From an uncultured Gemmatimonadaceae bacterium (GTDB taxonomy: Bacteria; Latescibacterota; UBA2968; UBA8231), in the NCBI GenBank assembly GCA_964456165.1, contig CAYWBJ010000424.1, positions 922-64,921 of the forward strand: a DNA stretch of 64,000 bases, read 5' to 3'. Shown here piece by piece: positions 16,232-25,223 of the stretch (positions are counted from its first letter, which is position 1; the number at the start of each line of letters is the position of its first letter). The translations under genes were made by a program, and so were the position numbers. The notes under the pieces are model-generated. The model ran no database searches. It was not told the DNA's origin and saw only the letters and a list, made by a program, of their open reading frames with translations.

Positions 16232-18190
16232 ATGGACATCATGCCGGAGCTGGTCAACGTACGCGCCACCCAGGTCACGGCCCCACCACCGTGGGCCCTG
16301 CTCGAGCGCAAGCTCATCAGCCTGATGGAGAAGGGGGCGCAGATGATGAGCCGGAAATACGCCGAGCGCAGCGGCGCCTGGTACTGGTCTGACGATCTGG
16401 ACGACTACTACGAGCGCTCCCACAATTGGTGCCTGCTCTATAACATGGGCGGCGACGAGGGGCTGGTCGACCTGGCCCTGAAGCACTGGAACGCGACGAC
16501 GCGGCTGTTTGACGATCGCGACGGCAACCGCGCTAACAACATGGACTACATCCACGGCACCACCCCCAAGCGGCTCAAGCACAACATCCACAACGAGTAC
16601 TTCAGCATCGTCCAACCGGAGGATGCCGAGTGGCACCACATGGGCGAGGGCAACATGGCCTTCTACGACCTCGCCCTCGGCGACCCCGCCATCCACGAGA
16701 ACGTGCGCCGGGCGCGACGGTTCGCCGACATGTTCCTCGGCGAGGACCCCGAGGCACCGCTATGGGACGCCGAGCACAAGATCATCCGCTCGCCCATGCA
16801 CGGCAGCCTCGGGCCCTACCACGATGCCCGCCTCGACCTGGTGAAGAGCTACCTGCACGGCGGGCACTCGACCTCTCCCAACTGGGAGCCTCAGCCGATG
16901 GGCCGGCGCGTCTCGCTGTATCCAGCCATCAAGGAACTGGAACCCGGATGGTGGGATGACCCCCAACGAGCGGAGGAGATCGTCCAGCTGTTCAACCACG
17001 TCGCGCTCGACGGCGACTGCGCCTCCAACCTCACCGCCACCGCGCTGGTGACCAACGCCTATCTCTATACCGGCGACGAGAAGTACAGGCGCTGGGTTGT
17101 CGAGTATGTGGAGGCCTGGATGGACCGCATCGCGCAGAACGACGGCATCATCCCCGACAACGTCGGACCGACCGGCAAGCCCGGTGAGCACCGCGACGGG
17201 GTCTGGTGGGGCTCATCCTGCGGCTGGAACAGCGTCTACGGCTGGAGCCACGTCTTCCACGCCATCGCCGTAGCCGCCGAGTGCGCCTTGCTGCTCACCG
17301 GCGACATGGGTTACCTCGACCTCCTGCGCTCTCAGGTGAAGGTGTTGCTGGACAATTCGATCACCGGCGAGGACGACCGGCTGATGGTCCCCTGCCGGGC
17401 GACGCCGGACGGCTGGGACTACAGCTGCAAGGGAGATGGCACCGCCACGACCAACTTCCGGATCTACGAGCTCGCCCACCTCTACCACGCCTCCATGTCG
17501 CAGGAGGACTACGACATCATCTGCCGGGTACGCGACGGCGACAGGACGCGCGACTGGAACAAGGTCGAGATCGGCGCGGTCCGGGCCGAGTGGTATTCAG
17601 AGTACAGCCGCTTCCAGTATTATGACGGGAAGAACCCGGACTGGCCCACCAGAGCGCTGGAACTGCAGTACCAGCACGCCCTGGAAGCCTACCACAGGAT
17701 GGAAGCGGATGAGCGCACCGTCCCCGAGATCATCGCCGACAACCTGGAGCCACCGAACCCGGTATTCACGAAGGTGCTTACCCAGGTGATGTTCGGCTCG
17801 CCGCAGTACATGTATCACAGCGGCCTGCTGCGGGCGACCCTGCGCTATTTCGACCGGGATCGCGCCCGCCCTGGACTGCCGCTGGACGTCAGTGCGCTGG
17901 TCGACTCGCTGAGCGCCGATTCGGTCGGCGTGCAGTTGGTCAACACCGGGCGCCATGCGTCGCGGAATCTGATCCTGCAGGCCGGTGCATTCGGCGAGCA
18001 CCAACTCACGCAGGTGAGCTACGACGGCCGGGATGGGGAGCGTGTCGTGCCGGTAGACGGTAAGTACCTTGCGGTCGAGCTGCCGCCGTCGACCGCGATC
18101 CGGCTGGAGCTGGGCTTACGACGTTTCGCGAACCAGCCCAGCTACGCCTTCCCCTGGCACGGGGATACCATCCCGGTGCCGTTCATCTGA
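16232..18190 (+). CDS. uncharacterised ~650-aa protein, paralogue 2 of the 11369-13165 family
   Basis: 652-aa ORF with GAGGAG SD upstream. Shares NLTATALVTNAYLYTGDEKYRRWVVEYVEAWMDRI, DGIIPDNVGPTGK, ARPGLPLDVSALV, AGAFGEH, YLAVELPP, QPSYAFPW with 11369-13165. Confidence 0.75.
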   Translation: MDIMPELVNVRATQVTAPPPWALLERKLISLMEKGAQMMSRKYAERSGAWYWSDDLDDYYERSHNWCLLYNMGGDEGLVDLALKHWNATTRLFDDRDGNRANNMDYIHGTTPKRLKHNIHNEYFSIVQPEDAEWHHMGEGNMAFYDLALGDPAIHENVRRARRFADMFLGEDPEAPLWDAEHKIIRSPMHGSLGPYHDARLDLVKSYLHGGHSTSPNWEPQPMGRRVSLYPAIKELEPGWWDDPQRAEEIVQLFNHVALDGDCASNLTATALVTNAYLYTGDEKYRRWVVEYVEAWMDRIAQNDGIIPDNVGPTGKPGEHRDGVWWGSSCGWNSVYGWSHVFHAIAVAAECALLLTGDMGYLDLLRSQVKVLLDNSITGEDDRLMVPCRATPDGWDYSCKGDGTATTNFRIYELAHLYHASMSQEDYDIICRVRDGDRTRDWNKVEIGAVRAEWYSEYSRFQYYDGKNPDWPTRALELQYQHALEAYHRMEADERTVPEIIADNLEPPNPVFTKVLTQVMFGSPQYMYHSGLLRATLRYFDRDRARPGLPLDVSALVDSLSADSVGVQLVNTGRHASRNLILQAGAFGEHQLTQVSYDGRDGERVVPVDGKYLAVELPPSTAIRLELGLRRFANQPSYAFPWHGDTIPVPFI

Positions 18191-18290
18191 GATCGGCTGC
18201 GTTGCGACGACCGAACACCTCGCCGGCAAAAACTCGCGGACCTGACGCGCTGCATCGTCCAGACTGGCAATCTCTCTTCGGCTTCCCGAC

Positions 18291-18611
18291 CTACTCCCCC
18301 TTGAACCCACCGAACGAGAAGGCCATCTCCATCTCCTCGACCAGGGTCCTGCCGTCCGCCCCGGTGATCATCATGGTCGCCATGTAGTCCAGCCATTCCT
18401 GCGCCTTGGCGCTGGCGTGGCTCTGCTCGAAATGCTCCCGTGACGGCGCCGTGGCGAAGAGGAACAGGCGGTCACCACACCGGTAGATCACCATGTTCAC
18501 CTCCTGGGCCTGCATCGCCTCGGCCAACTCCGGCCACAGTTCGTCGTGGGCCTTCTTGTATCGATCGTAGAAACCGGGCTTCAGCTGGTAGGTCTGTCCG
18601 GTCGAGTACAT
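18291..18611 (-). CDS. rhaM: L-rhamnose mutarotase family protein (RhaM/YiiL-like)
   Basis: Internal ATG at 18611 with AAGGAGGGG SD. 106 aa: MYSTGQTYQLKPGFYDRYKKAHDELWPELAEAM...; length and the Y..H...WPEL signature match YiiL-type mutarotases. The rest of ORF 18291-19085 is antisense shadow of the next gene. Confidence 0.75.
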   Translation of the reverse strand: MYSTGQTYQLKPGFYDRYKKAHDELWPELAEAMQAQEVNMVIYRCGDRLFLFATAPSREHFEQSHASAKAQEWLDYMATMMITGADGRTLVEEMEMAFSFGGFKGE

Positions 18612-18732
18612 GATCCCCTCCTTGCCCGCCGCTCGAGCGGTATGTTCGCTGCGTTGGGTGCTGTCTATATTACCGATATGACCCAGCCGGCGCTGCCGAT
18701 TCCACAGATCTGACCTGTTTCCGGAGCAAACC

Positions 18733-19515
18733 ATGCACATCGCCGTATTCGGCAGCGCCGGCTGGACTGGCCGTGCCGTGCTCGCCAACCTGGACGGCAA
18801 GCATACCATCCGCGCCATCGATCGCTCTCCCGCGTCGTGGAAGTCATGGGAGGACATCGACGGACCGTGGGACGAGGGCGAGATCGTGCATGGCGACATC
18901 TCCGATTTCGACGCCGTGGACAGGGCGGTCGACGGCGTCGACGCGGTCATCCACGCCACTGTCTTCTTCCCCGGCGACCGCCCCGTTGAGGAAGACTCGG
19001 AACCCGCGTTCGCCATCAACGTGCGCGGACTCTGGAACGTCCTCGAGGCGGCCCGCCGGCACCGGCTCAAACGCGTGGTCCACATCGGCTCCTGTCACAG
19101 CAAACATCCGGACGGCCCCTTCTTTACCGCCGACGTCCGCCGTCCCGACGGATCCCTCTACGCCGTGACCAAGCGGCTGCAGGAAGAGCTGTGCCGGCAG
19201 TATTTCGAAGCCCACGGCCTATCTATCGTGGTGATGCGCCCCGACTACATCGTCGACACCCGCATCGGACTGGGCCGTTTTCGCGAGGCTCTGGACCACT
19301 CTCACATGAAAGAGAGCGGCTGGGGCTGTCGCCACGACCTGGCCGAGGCCTGCCGCCTGGCAGTGGAATCCGACGACATCAGCTTCGACATCTTCCACAC
19401 CGTGGGAGACGCCGACGCCGATACTACCTGTAATGTATCCCGCTCCCGCGAGGTGCTGGGACTCACTTACCTGGGCGATCTGGAGCAGTACCGGAAAGCC
19501 GCGAATAACACCTGA
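18733..19515 (+). CDS. NAD-dependent epimerase/dehydratase family (extended SDR) protein
   Basis: MHIAVFGSAGWTGRAV (GxxGxxG) and catalytic YAVTKRL (YxxxK). 260 aa. Confidence 0.85.
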   Translation: MHIAVFGSAGWTGRAVLANLDGKHTIRAIDRSPASWKSWEDIDGPWDEGEIVHGDISDFDAVDRAVDGVDAVIHATVFFPGDRPVEEDSEPAFAINVRGLWNVLEAARRHRLKRVVHIGSCHSKHPDGPFFTADVRRPDGSLYAVTKRLQEELCRQYFEAHGLSIVVMRPDYIVDTRIGLGRFREALDHSHMKESGWGCRHDLAEACRLAVESDDISFDIFHTVGDADADTTCNVSRSREVLGLTYLGDLEQYRKAANNT

Positions 19516-19529
19516 CACGGAGACTGGAC

Positions 19530-20363
19530 ATGACAAAGCGGGCCGATGCCCACATCCATCTCTTCCAGACCCCCCTGGGCAACTCGTTCGCTGCCCGGTC
19601 CGGGGTCGAGATCGACGAGGCCGCCTGCTTCGATTCCCTGGCTCGGGAGAACGACGTGGCGGCAGCCCTGATCGTCTGTCATCAGGGCGCCGGCAACGAG
19701 ACCAACAACGACTACGTGATCGGCCTGCAGTCGCAGTACGACTGGGTTCGCCCCGCCGCCCACATCGAGCCGGACGCCGCGCCCGGAATCGATGCACTGG
19801 AGAAATGGCGCGACCAGGGCGTTCTGGGGCTGGTGATGTACCCGCAGAGCCCCGCTGCCGTACGGGCCTGTCCGGACCGGATCTGGGAGTGGATGATCGC
19901 GAACCGATGGGTGCTCAGCGTGAACGCCAAGGGGGAGGCCTGGGACATCTGGCAGGAGGTACTCGAGCGCCACGGCGACCTCCGGCTCATCATCTCTCAC
20001 CTCGGTCTGCCCGACAAGGTCGAGGAGCCGATCGACCAGGCGCAGGCGCGCGAACGGCTGCGGCATGTAATCGCCCTGGCAGAGCATCCGCAGGTGCGCG
20101 TCAAGTTGAGCGGCTTCTATGCCATGACGGACGTGATGTACGACCACCCGTACGAACTGGCGTGGCCGTTCGTCGAGGCATTGAGCGACGCGTTTGGCGT
20201 TGAGCGGCTCCTGTTCGCTTCGGACTACACGCCGTGCCTGAACTACCAGACCTATCCGCAGACGCTGGGGCTGTTCTGGAAGATGCCGTTTCTCAGCGAC
20301 GACGATCGCGACCGTATCGCCGGCGCCAATCTGCTGGAACTGCTAGCGGAGGCTGCAAAGTAG
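19530..20363 (+). CDS. amidohydrolase_2 family protein (sugar-lactonase-like)
   Basis: N-terminal ADAHIHLF (HxH metal motif), C-terminal LLFASDYTP Asp. 277 aa; 14 bp after the SDR gene. Confidence 0.8.
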   Translation: MTKRADAHIHLFQTPLGNSFAARSGVEIDEAACFDSLARENDVAAALIVCHQGAGNETNNDYVIGLQSQYDWVRPAAHIEPDAAPGIDALEKWRDQGVLGLVMYPQSPAAVRACPDRIWEWMIANRWVLSVNAKGEAWDIWQEVLERHGDLRLIISHLGLPDKVEEPIDQAQARERLRHVIALAEHPQVRVKLSGFYAMTDVMYDHPYELAWPFVEALSDAFGVERLLFASDYTPCLNYQTYPQTLGLFWKMPFLSDDDRDRIAGANLLELLAEAAK

Positions 20364-20365
20364 GA

Positions 20366-20382
20366 GGCCGGCAGCGCCGGCC
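20366..20382. terminator. candidate bidirectional hairpin terminator between convergent genes
   Basis: GGCCGGC-agc-GCCGGCC (perfect 7-bp GC stem, 3-nt loop) centred in the 43-bp gap between stops at 20363 (+) and 20407 (-). Confidence 0.4.
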
Positions 20383-20406
20383 AGGCTCCTCCGCCCTGCC
20401 GCCCCC

Positions 20407-21465
20407 CTAACGCAGCCACCAGTGCAGTACGTTGGTCATGTGCTTCTCGTAGGCGTGAGAAGCCTGGATCAGCAGCCCCTCGAGCGCGCCGGTATCGGGG
20501 TTGTGCACGGTCAGGTTGTTCGAGTAGGCACCGGCGCCCGCCTCGACCAGCCGCAGGAAGCGGCCGTCGTCCCAGTTGATCCCGTCGCGCGATGTGTAGA
20601 GCGCGAAGTGGCGTCTCCCCTCACCCTTTTCACCGCTGCGGCCGTGCAGTACGTAGCCCTCACCGTACGCCGCCATCTGCGGGTTGCGAATCTTCTTGGC
20701 CATAAGAGTGGTCTGCACGGAGTTCCAGCTACGGCCGCCGTCGTCGCTGGTCACGTAGTCGAGGTGTTTCTCGTCGTTGATGTTGTAGATGTAGGCGATC
20801 AGGCGGCCGTCGGGCAGCGTCGCCATCGTTCCGTAGCCGCGTCCGATCACGTCCAGGGGCAGGAGGCTGCGCCGTGTGAAGGTGAGACCGTTGTCCTCGC
20901 TGGCGTGAAGCGCGTAGTGGTGCTCGGGCAGGTTTCCGTGCCACTGGATGGTGCTGTCATTGCACAGCTCCAGGACCAGAATGCTCCCGTCGTGGTGGAT
21001 CACATCCCATATGCGCGCCGGCTCCTCTCCCAGATCTCTCGCCGGCTCCCACGAAACCCCCTGATCGGTGCTGCGCAGGTAGGTCGGCACCGCCAGCGGC
21101 TGCCAGCCTTTGCCCCGGCACTCCAGGTTGAATAGCAGAATCCCGCCATCTTGGGCCAACAGCGCCTTCTCGCACATGGCCGAATGCTCTTCATCCCGCT
21201 CGTAGACCTGCCTGGAGTACTCGAGGACCGACGGCTCGCTCCAGCTGCGGCCGCCGTCTTCCGAGCGCCTGTACTCCATCCAGCCATCCCCGCTGTGACC
21301 TTCCTTGAAGTCGGAGCAGTTGGGGTAGAAGGCCAGGATCCTACCCGGCGCGTATTCCACCAGGGCATGGCCGAGATGGCCGCTGCGACCAGCCTGGGCG
21401 TGGTCCACGAACATAAGGCCCTGGTTGGGGGGATCGGCCGGCTCGATTGCGAACCAATCAGGCAT
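20407..21465 (-). CDS. BNR/Asp-box repeat sialidase-like beta-propeller (GH33-like), no signal peptide
   Basis: Five Asp-boxes: SEDGGRSW, STDQGVSW, SEDNGLTF, SDDGGRSW, SRDGINW. 352 aa. Confidence 0.85.
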   Translation of the reverse strand: MPDWFAIEPADPPNQGLMFVDHAQAGRSGHLGHALVEYAPGRILAFYPNCSDFKEGHSGDGWMEYRRSEDGGRSWSEPSVLEYSRQVYERDEEHSAMCEKALLAQDGGILLFNLECRGKGWQPLAVPTYLRSTDQGVSWEPARDLGEEPARIWDVIHHDGSILVLELCNDSTIQWHGNLPEHHYALHASEDNGLTFTRRSLLPLDVIGRGYGTMATLPDGRLIAYIYNINDEKHLDYVTSDDGGRSWNSVQTTLMAKKIRNPQMAAYGEGYVLHGRSGEKGEGRRHFALYTSRDGINWDDGRFLRLVEAGAGAYSNNLTVHNPDTGALEGLLIQASHAYEKHMTNVLHWWLR

Positions 21466-21485
21466 GTCGTCGCGCTCCCTGCTCG

Positions 21486-22934
21486 CTATGCGTAGTTGAC
21501 GAAAGCGACCTTGTGCTCGGTGAAGAATTCGATGCCGGTCTTCCCCGACTCCGGGATGCCATGACCCGAGGCTTTGACGCCGCCGAAAGACAGCTGTGGC
21601 TCGCGATAGGCCGTCATCATGTTCACGTGCGTCAGGCCGACCTCGGTCTGCTCGAGGAACTGGAAGGCGCGCGAGATGTCCTTCGTGAAAATCGACGAGG
21701 TGAGTCCGAACTCGACGCTGTTGGCCATCTCCAACGCGTCGTCGAAGCCGTCAGCGACCAGCACGCTCAGGACGGGTCCGAAGATCTCCTCCTGGGCAAT
21801 GCGCATGTCCGGCTTGACTGCGGTAAAGACCGTCGGCTCGACGAAACAACCCTGGTCGAGGCCATTCTCGGTCAGGCGCCCACCACCCTGTGCCAGGCAG
21901 GCACCCTCTCCTCGGCCGATCTCGATATATTCCAGAATGCTCTCCAGCTGATCGGTGCCGCAGACCGGCCCCATGTCGACGTCGTCGCGGCCGTCGCCGA
22001 CGCGCATGGCCCCGACCCGTTCGAGCAGCCGGCTGGTGAACGCATCGGCCACCTCGCGCACCACAATCGCCCGGCTCGTCGACGTGCACCACTGGCCGGC
22101 ACAGGCGTAGGCCGCCAGCACGACCGCGTCTGCCGCCTTGTCGAGGTCGGCGTCTTCGAGGATGACCGCCGGGTTCTTGCCACCGAGTTCCAGCTGGGTG
22201 CGGGTCAGCGATTGGGCGACCGTCTGCTGAATCCCCTTGCCAACGCCGGTCGAGCCCGTGAAGGAGATCGCCTCGACCAGGGGATTGGTTATCATCTCCT
22301 CGCCCACGGTCGAGCCGCCCCCGGTCACGAAGTTCAGGACACCCGGGGGCAGGCCCGCCTCGATGAACAGGTCGAGAAAGGCCCGCCCAGCCTTCGGCGT
22401 CAGCGTCGCCGGCTTGAAGACGATCGTGTTGCCGCTGATCAGGGCCGGCGTGCACTTCCGTCCCGGCACGTTGAAGGGAAAGTTCCAGGGGCTGATGATC
22501 GCCGCCACGCCCAACGGTCGACGCACGCTGTAGGCGAAAACGTCCGGCATTGCCGACGGTACGGTCTCGCCAGACATCGCCAGACCCTGGGAGATCTGAA
22601 ACTCCATCTCGCGGACGGCCGAGCCCACCTCGGTGCGCGCCTCGTTCAGCGTCTTGCCATTCTCCTCGTTGAGGATCGCGGCGATTTCCTCGGTGCGGGC
22701 CTTCATCGCGGTGACGGCCTTCGCCATGATCTCGGCCCGCTGGTGCACGCCGAGCCCGGACCAGCCAGGAAAAGCTGCGTGGGCGGCTTCGATCGCGCGC
22801 CTCGCGTCCTCGCGCGTGCTCTTCGGCCACGTGCCGGTGACATTGTTCAAATTGGCCGGGTCGAGCTGCTCGAATGTCTGGCCGTCGGAAGAGCCGACGA
22901 ACTGACCGTCGATGAAGTTCTGGTATTCCATCAT
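21486..22934 (-). CDS. NAD(P)+-dependent aldehyde dehydrogenase
   Basis: Start at MMEYQNFIDGQF (22934) with purine-rich SD. Motifs FTGSTGVG, ELGGKNP (catalytic Glu), GQWCTSTSR (catalytic Cys). Confidence 0.9.
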   Translation of the reverse strand: MMEYQNFIDGQFVGSSDGQTFEQLDPANLNNVTGTWPKSTREDARRAIEAAHAAFPGWSGLGVHQRAEIMAKAVTAMKARTEEIAAILNEENGKTLNEARTEVGSAVREMEFQISQGLAMSGETVPSAMPDVFAYSVRRPLGVAAIISPWNFPFNVPGRKCTPALISGNTIVFKPATLTPKAGRAFLDLFIEAGLPPGVLNFVTGGGSTVGEEMITNPLVEAISFTGSTGVGKGIQQTVAQSLTRTQLELGGKNPAVILEDADLDKAADAVVLAAYACAGQWCTSTSRAIVVREVADAFTSRLLERVGAMRVGDGRDDVDMGPVCGTDQLESILEYIEIGRGEGACLAQGGGRLTENGLDQGCFVEPTVFTAVKPDMRIAQEEIFGPVLSVLVADGFDDALEMANSVEFGLTSSIFTKDISRAFQFLEQTEVGLTHVNMMTAYREPQLSFGGVKASGHGIPESGKTGIEFFTEHKVAFVNYA

Positions 22935-22961
22935 CTCCCTCTCTCGAATTAGAGTTACCAT

Positions 22962-22989
22962 ATTCTATCGCACTTTTGGCAGCCGACAA
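22962..22989 (-). promoter_or_regulatory. candidate sigma70-type promoter for the aldehyde-dehydrogenase / BNR operon
   Basis: On the minus strand: TTGTCG (22989-22984), 16-nt spacer, TAGAAT (22967-22962), ~28 nt upstream of ATG 22934, in a locally AT-rich patch. Confidence 0.35.
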
Positions 22990-23042
22990 ACTTCCGAGCC
23001 GTCACCCCCAGCAGATCGCACCCGTCACCGCGAGGTAACCCC

Positions 23043-24242
23043 ATGAGAATCACCAGAACCGAAGTCTTCGTCCTCGGCGATCCCCCACTCGGCGACGGCC
23101 CCACCGACGGCTCGCGCGTCGACGGGCTCGCCTTCGTGCGCATCCCCACCGCCGAGGGCCTCGTCGGGCTGTCCGAGATCTTCTGCGTGCCACCAGGCGT
23201 GGCGCAAGCCGTCCTCCACGGTCCCGACTCGCTGTTCGGCCGGCTGCTCGTCGGCGAGGACCCGATCCATCCGGAGCGGCTCTGGACCAAGCTCTACAAC
23301 AGCATGCTGCACGGCAACCGCCGCGGCTGGGTGATCATCTGCCTGGGGGCGGTGGACGTGGCCCTCTGGGACCTCTACGGCAAAGCGGCAGACCGGCCGG
23401 TGTGGCAGCTGCTCGGCGGCGGCGAACGCTCGAACCACCAGATCACCACCGAAGACCAGCGCCAGGCGGCAGTGCCCTACTGCACCATTGTCTCCGATGC
23501 CTGGGATCGCGATAGCGTCCTGCGCCAGCAGGTCGAGCGCGTCGTGGCCCTGCGCAAGCTGGGTTATCGCGGGTTCAAGATCGAGCCGATGCGGCAGACC
23601 CGGAAGACGATCGTCGAGCTGACGCGGCTGACGCGCGAGGCGGTGGGTCCGGAGGCGATGCTGGCCGTCGACGTCGGATATCTATGGAACGACGTCGGCG
23701 AAGCGCTCCGGACGATCGAACAGACGGCGCAGTACGACCTGCTCTTCTTCGAGACCCCCTTCCCGGTGGACTCCATCGACGCCTACGCGCAGCTCACCGC
23801 GCGGACTCCGGTACCCATCGCCGTCGGCGAGCACACCACCACCCGCTGGGAGTTCCTGCAGCTGTTGGACCAGGGTGGCGTCTCTGTCGCTCAGCCCTAC
23901 ATGACCACCTGCGGCGGCTTGACCGAGGCCAGGCGCATCGTCGAGCTGGCGCAGCCGCGTGGGGCCCTGGTCTGCCCTGGCAACTGGTCGACCCACGTGC
24001 TGGGCACGGCTAACCTGCACCTGGCAGCCTGGTCGCCGGTCACGCCATTCTACGAGAGCGCCCCGGCCGACGTCTACTGGTCACCCTTGCGCACGGCCCT
24101 GCAGGCCGTGGCACCGCCGGTGGTGAACGGCACGGTAGCCTGGCCGCAGGCCGCAGGAATCGGATTCGAGCTCCCGGCGGAGCTGGAGACGGATTTCCGG
24201 GTCAGCGGCGCGGGCTGGGCCTACCACGAACCGCAGGAATAA
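23043..24242 (+). CDS. enolase-superfamily enzyme (mandelate racemase/muconate lactonizing family)
   Basis: MRITRTEVFVLGD...VDVALWDLYGKAADRPVWQLLGG. Ligand pattern AVDVG...FFETP...VGEH. Confidence 0.9.
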   Translation: MRITRTEVFVLGDPPLGDGPTDGSRVDGLAFVRIPTAEGLVGLSEIFCVPPGVAQAVLHGPDSLFGRLLVGEDPIHPERLWTKLYNSMLHGNRRGWVIICLGAVDVALWDLYGKAADRPVWQLLGGGERSNHQITTEDQRQAAVPYCTIVSDAWDRDSVLRQQVERVVALRKLGYRGFKIEPMRQTRKTIVELTRLTREAVGPEAMLAVDVGYLWNDVGEALRTIEQTAQYDLLFFETPFPVDSIDAYAQLTARTPVPIAVGEHTTTRWEFLQLLDQGGVSVAQPYMTTCGGLTEARRIVELAQPRGALVCPGNWSTHVLGTANLHLAAWSPVTPFYESAPADVYWSPLRTALQAVAPPVVNGTVAWPQAAGIGFELPAELETDFRVSGAGWAYHEPQE

Positions 24243-24354
24243 CCGGACAGCGCAATCAATGCGCCCGGGAATCGGAAAGGTCTGCGACATCCTCATCTAC
24301 CGCGACGACCGCCCCTGGAACCCTTTCGACTGATCGGAAGCAACTCCGCTCCCG

Positions 24355-25206
24355 TCAGCTACCCGCTCCCATCGCCCGCGTTGCCACCTCAATCGCCCTG
24401 TTAGCATCCTCAACCCGGCTCTCGCCCCACTCCCGCTCGATGTACATATCCCCGGCGTAGTCCCCTTCGGCGAGCACCCGCATGAAGGCGGTCCAGTCCA
24501 CGTCGCCCTCCCCAACCACCTTCTCCTCGCCCCAATTCCCCGGCGTTTCCGTGCGCACCGCGTCCTTGATGTGAATCGAGAACACCCGCGGCAACAGCTG
24601 GCGCAGCGCCTCGATCGGTTCGCCCTTGTCGTAGAGAATCATGTTGGCGGGGTCGAAGTTGACGCCCACGTTGCCGACCCCGCGCCCCTCGAGGTGGTCA
24701 AAGAACGCGTTCAGATCTTCGGCCGTCTCCTGTCCAGTTTCGAAGACCAGTTCGATCCCCTGCTCAGCGAAGATGCCGGCCACCACCTCGATCCGGTCGG
24801 CCAGCTTGACGAACTCGGCGCTCTGCATGTCATGCGGCAGGAAGCCGGCGTGGAACTGCACCGCCGACAGCCCGAACTCCTTGGCCCTGGCCGCGGCACC
24901 CCGGGCGATCCTCTGGTTCTCCTCCCAGTGCTCGTCCGGCACGATGCCGCCGCTGACCTTGATCGACTCCAGGGTGGAGTAGTCCTCGCCCACCGTCCCG
25001 AACATGCCCGACACCACCTTCGCCCCCACTGCCGTCAGAGCGTCTGGGACGCCGTCGACAATGCCGGCGTCGTCGCGGTGCGGCACCAGACCAAGTTGCA
25101 GTTTCTTCAGCCCCAGCTCCTGCATGATCTCAGCCATGTGCTGGGGGGATTGCGGCAGCATCGACCAGCTGCACACGCCGAGTTGATCGGGGGTTTGCGG
25201 CCTCAT
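24355..25206 (-). CDS. sugar phosphate isomerase/epimerase (xylose-isomerase-like TIM barrel)
   Basis: 283 aa. VQFHAG, ELVFETGQE, VNFDPANM, SIHIKD and IERE pattern typical of AP-endonuclease-2/XI-like TIM barrels. GAGGTGA SD; 17 bp downstream of uxuA. Confidence 0.8.
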   Translation of the reverse strand: MRPQTPDQLGVCSWSMLPQSPQHMAEIMQELGLKKLQLGLVPHRDDAGIVDGVPDALTAVGAKVVSGMFGTVGEDYSTLESIKVSGGIVPDEHWEENQRIARGAAARAKEFGLSAVQFHAGFLPHDMQSAEFVKLADRIEVVAGIFAEQGIELVFETGQETAEDLNAFFDHLEGRGVGNVGVNFDPANMILYDKGEPIEALRQLLPRVFSIHIKDAVRTETPGNWGEEKVVGEGDVDWTAFMRVLAEGDYAGDMYIEREWGESRVEDANRAIEVATRAMGAGS

Positions 25207-25223
25207 GACATCACCTCACTCTT

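Noticed and set aside
15323-16696. 457-aa minus-strand ORF spanning the M20 gene and the start of 16232-18190.
   Set aside because: It crosses an intergenic region and two well-supported sense genes. Shadow composition, no motifs.
18629-18640. Perfect palindrome CCGCTCGAGCGG just upstream of the rhaM SD. A related CTCGAGCGG 9-mer occurs at ~57536-57544.
   Set aside because: Only two occurrences of a 9-mer in 128 kb of two-strand sequence is near chance expectation. No regulator gene is available to bind it. Kept only as a weak operator candidate.
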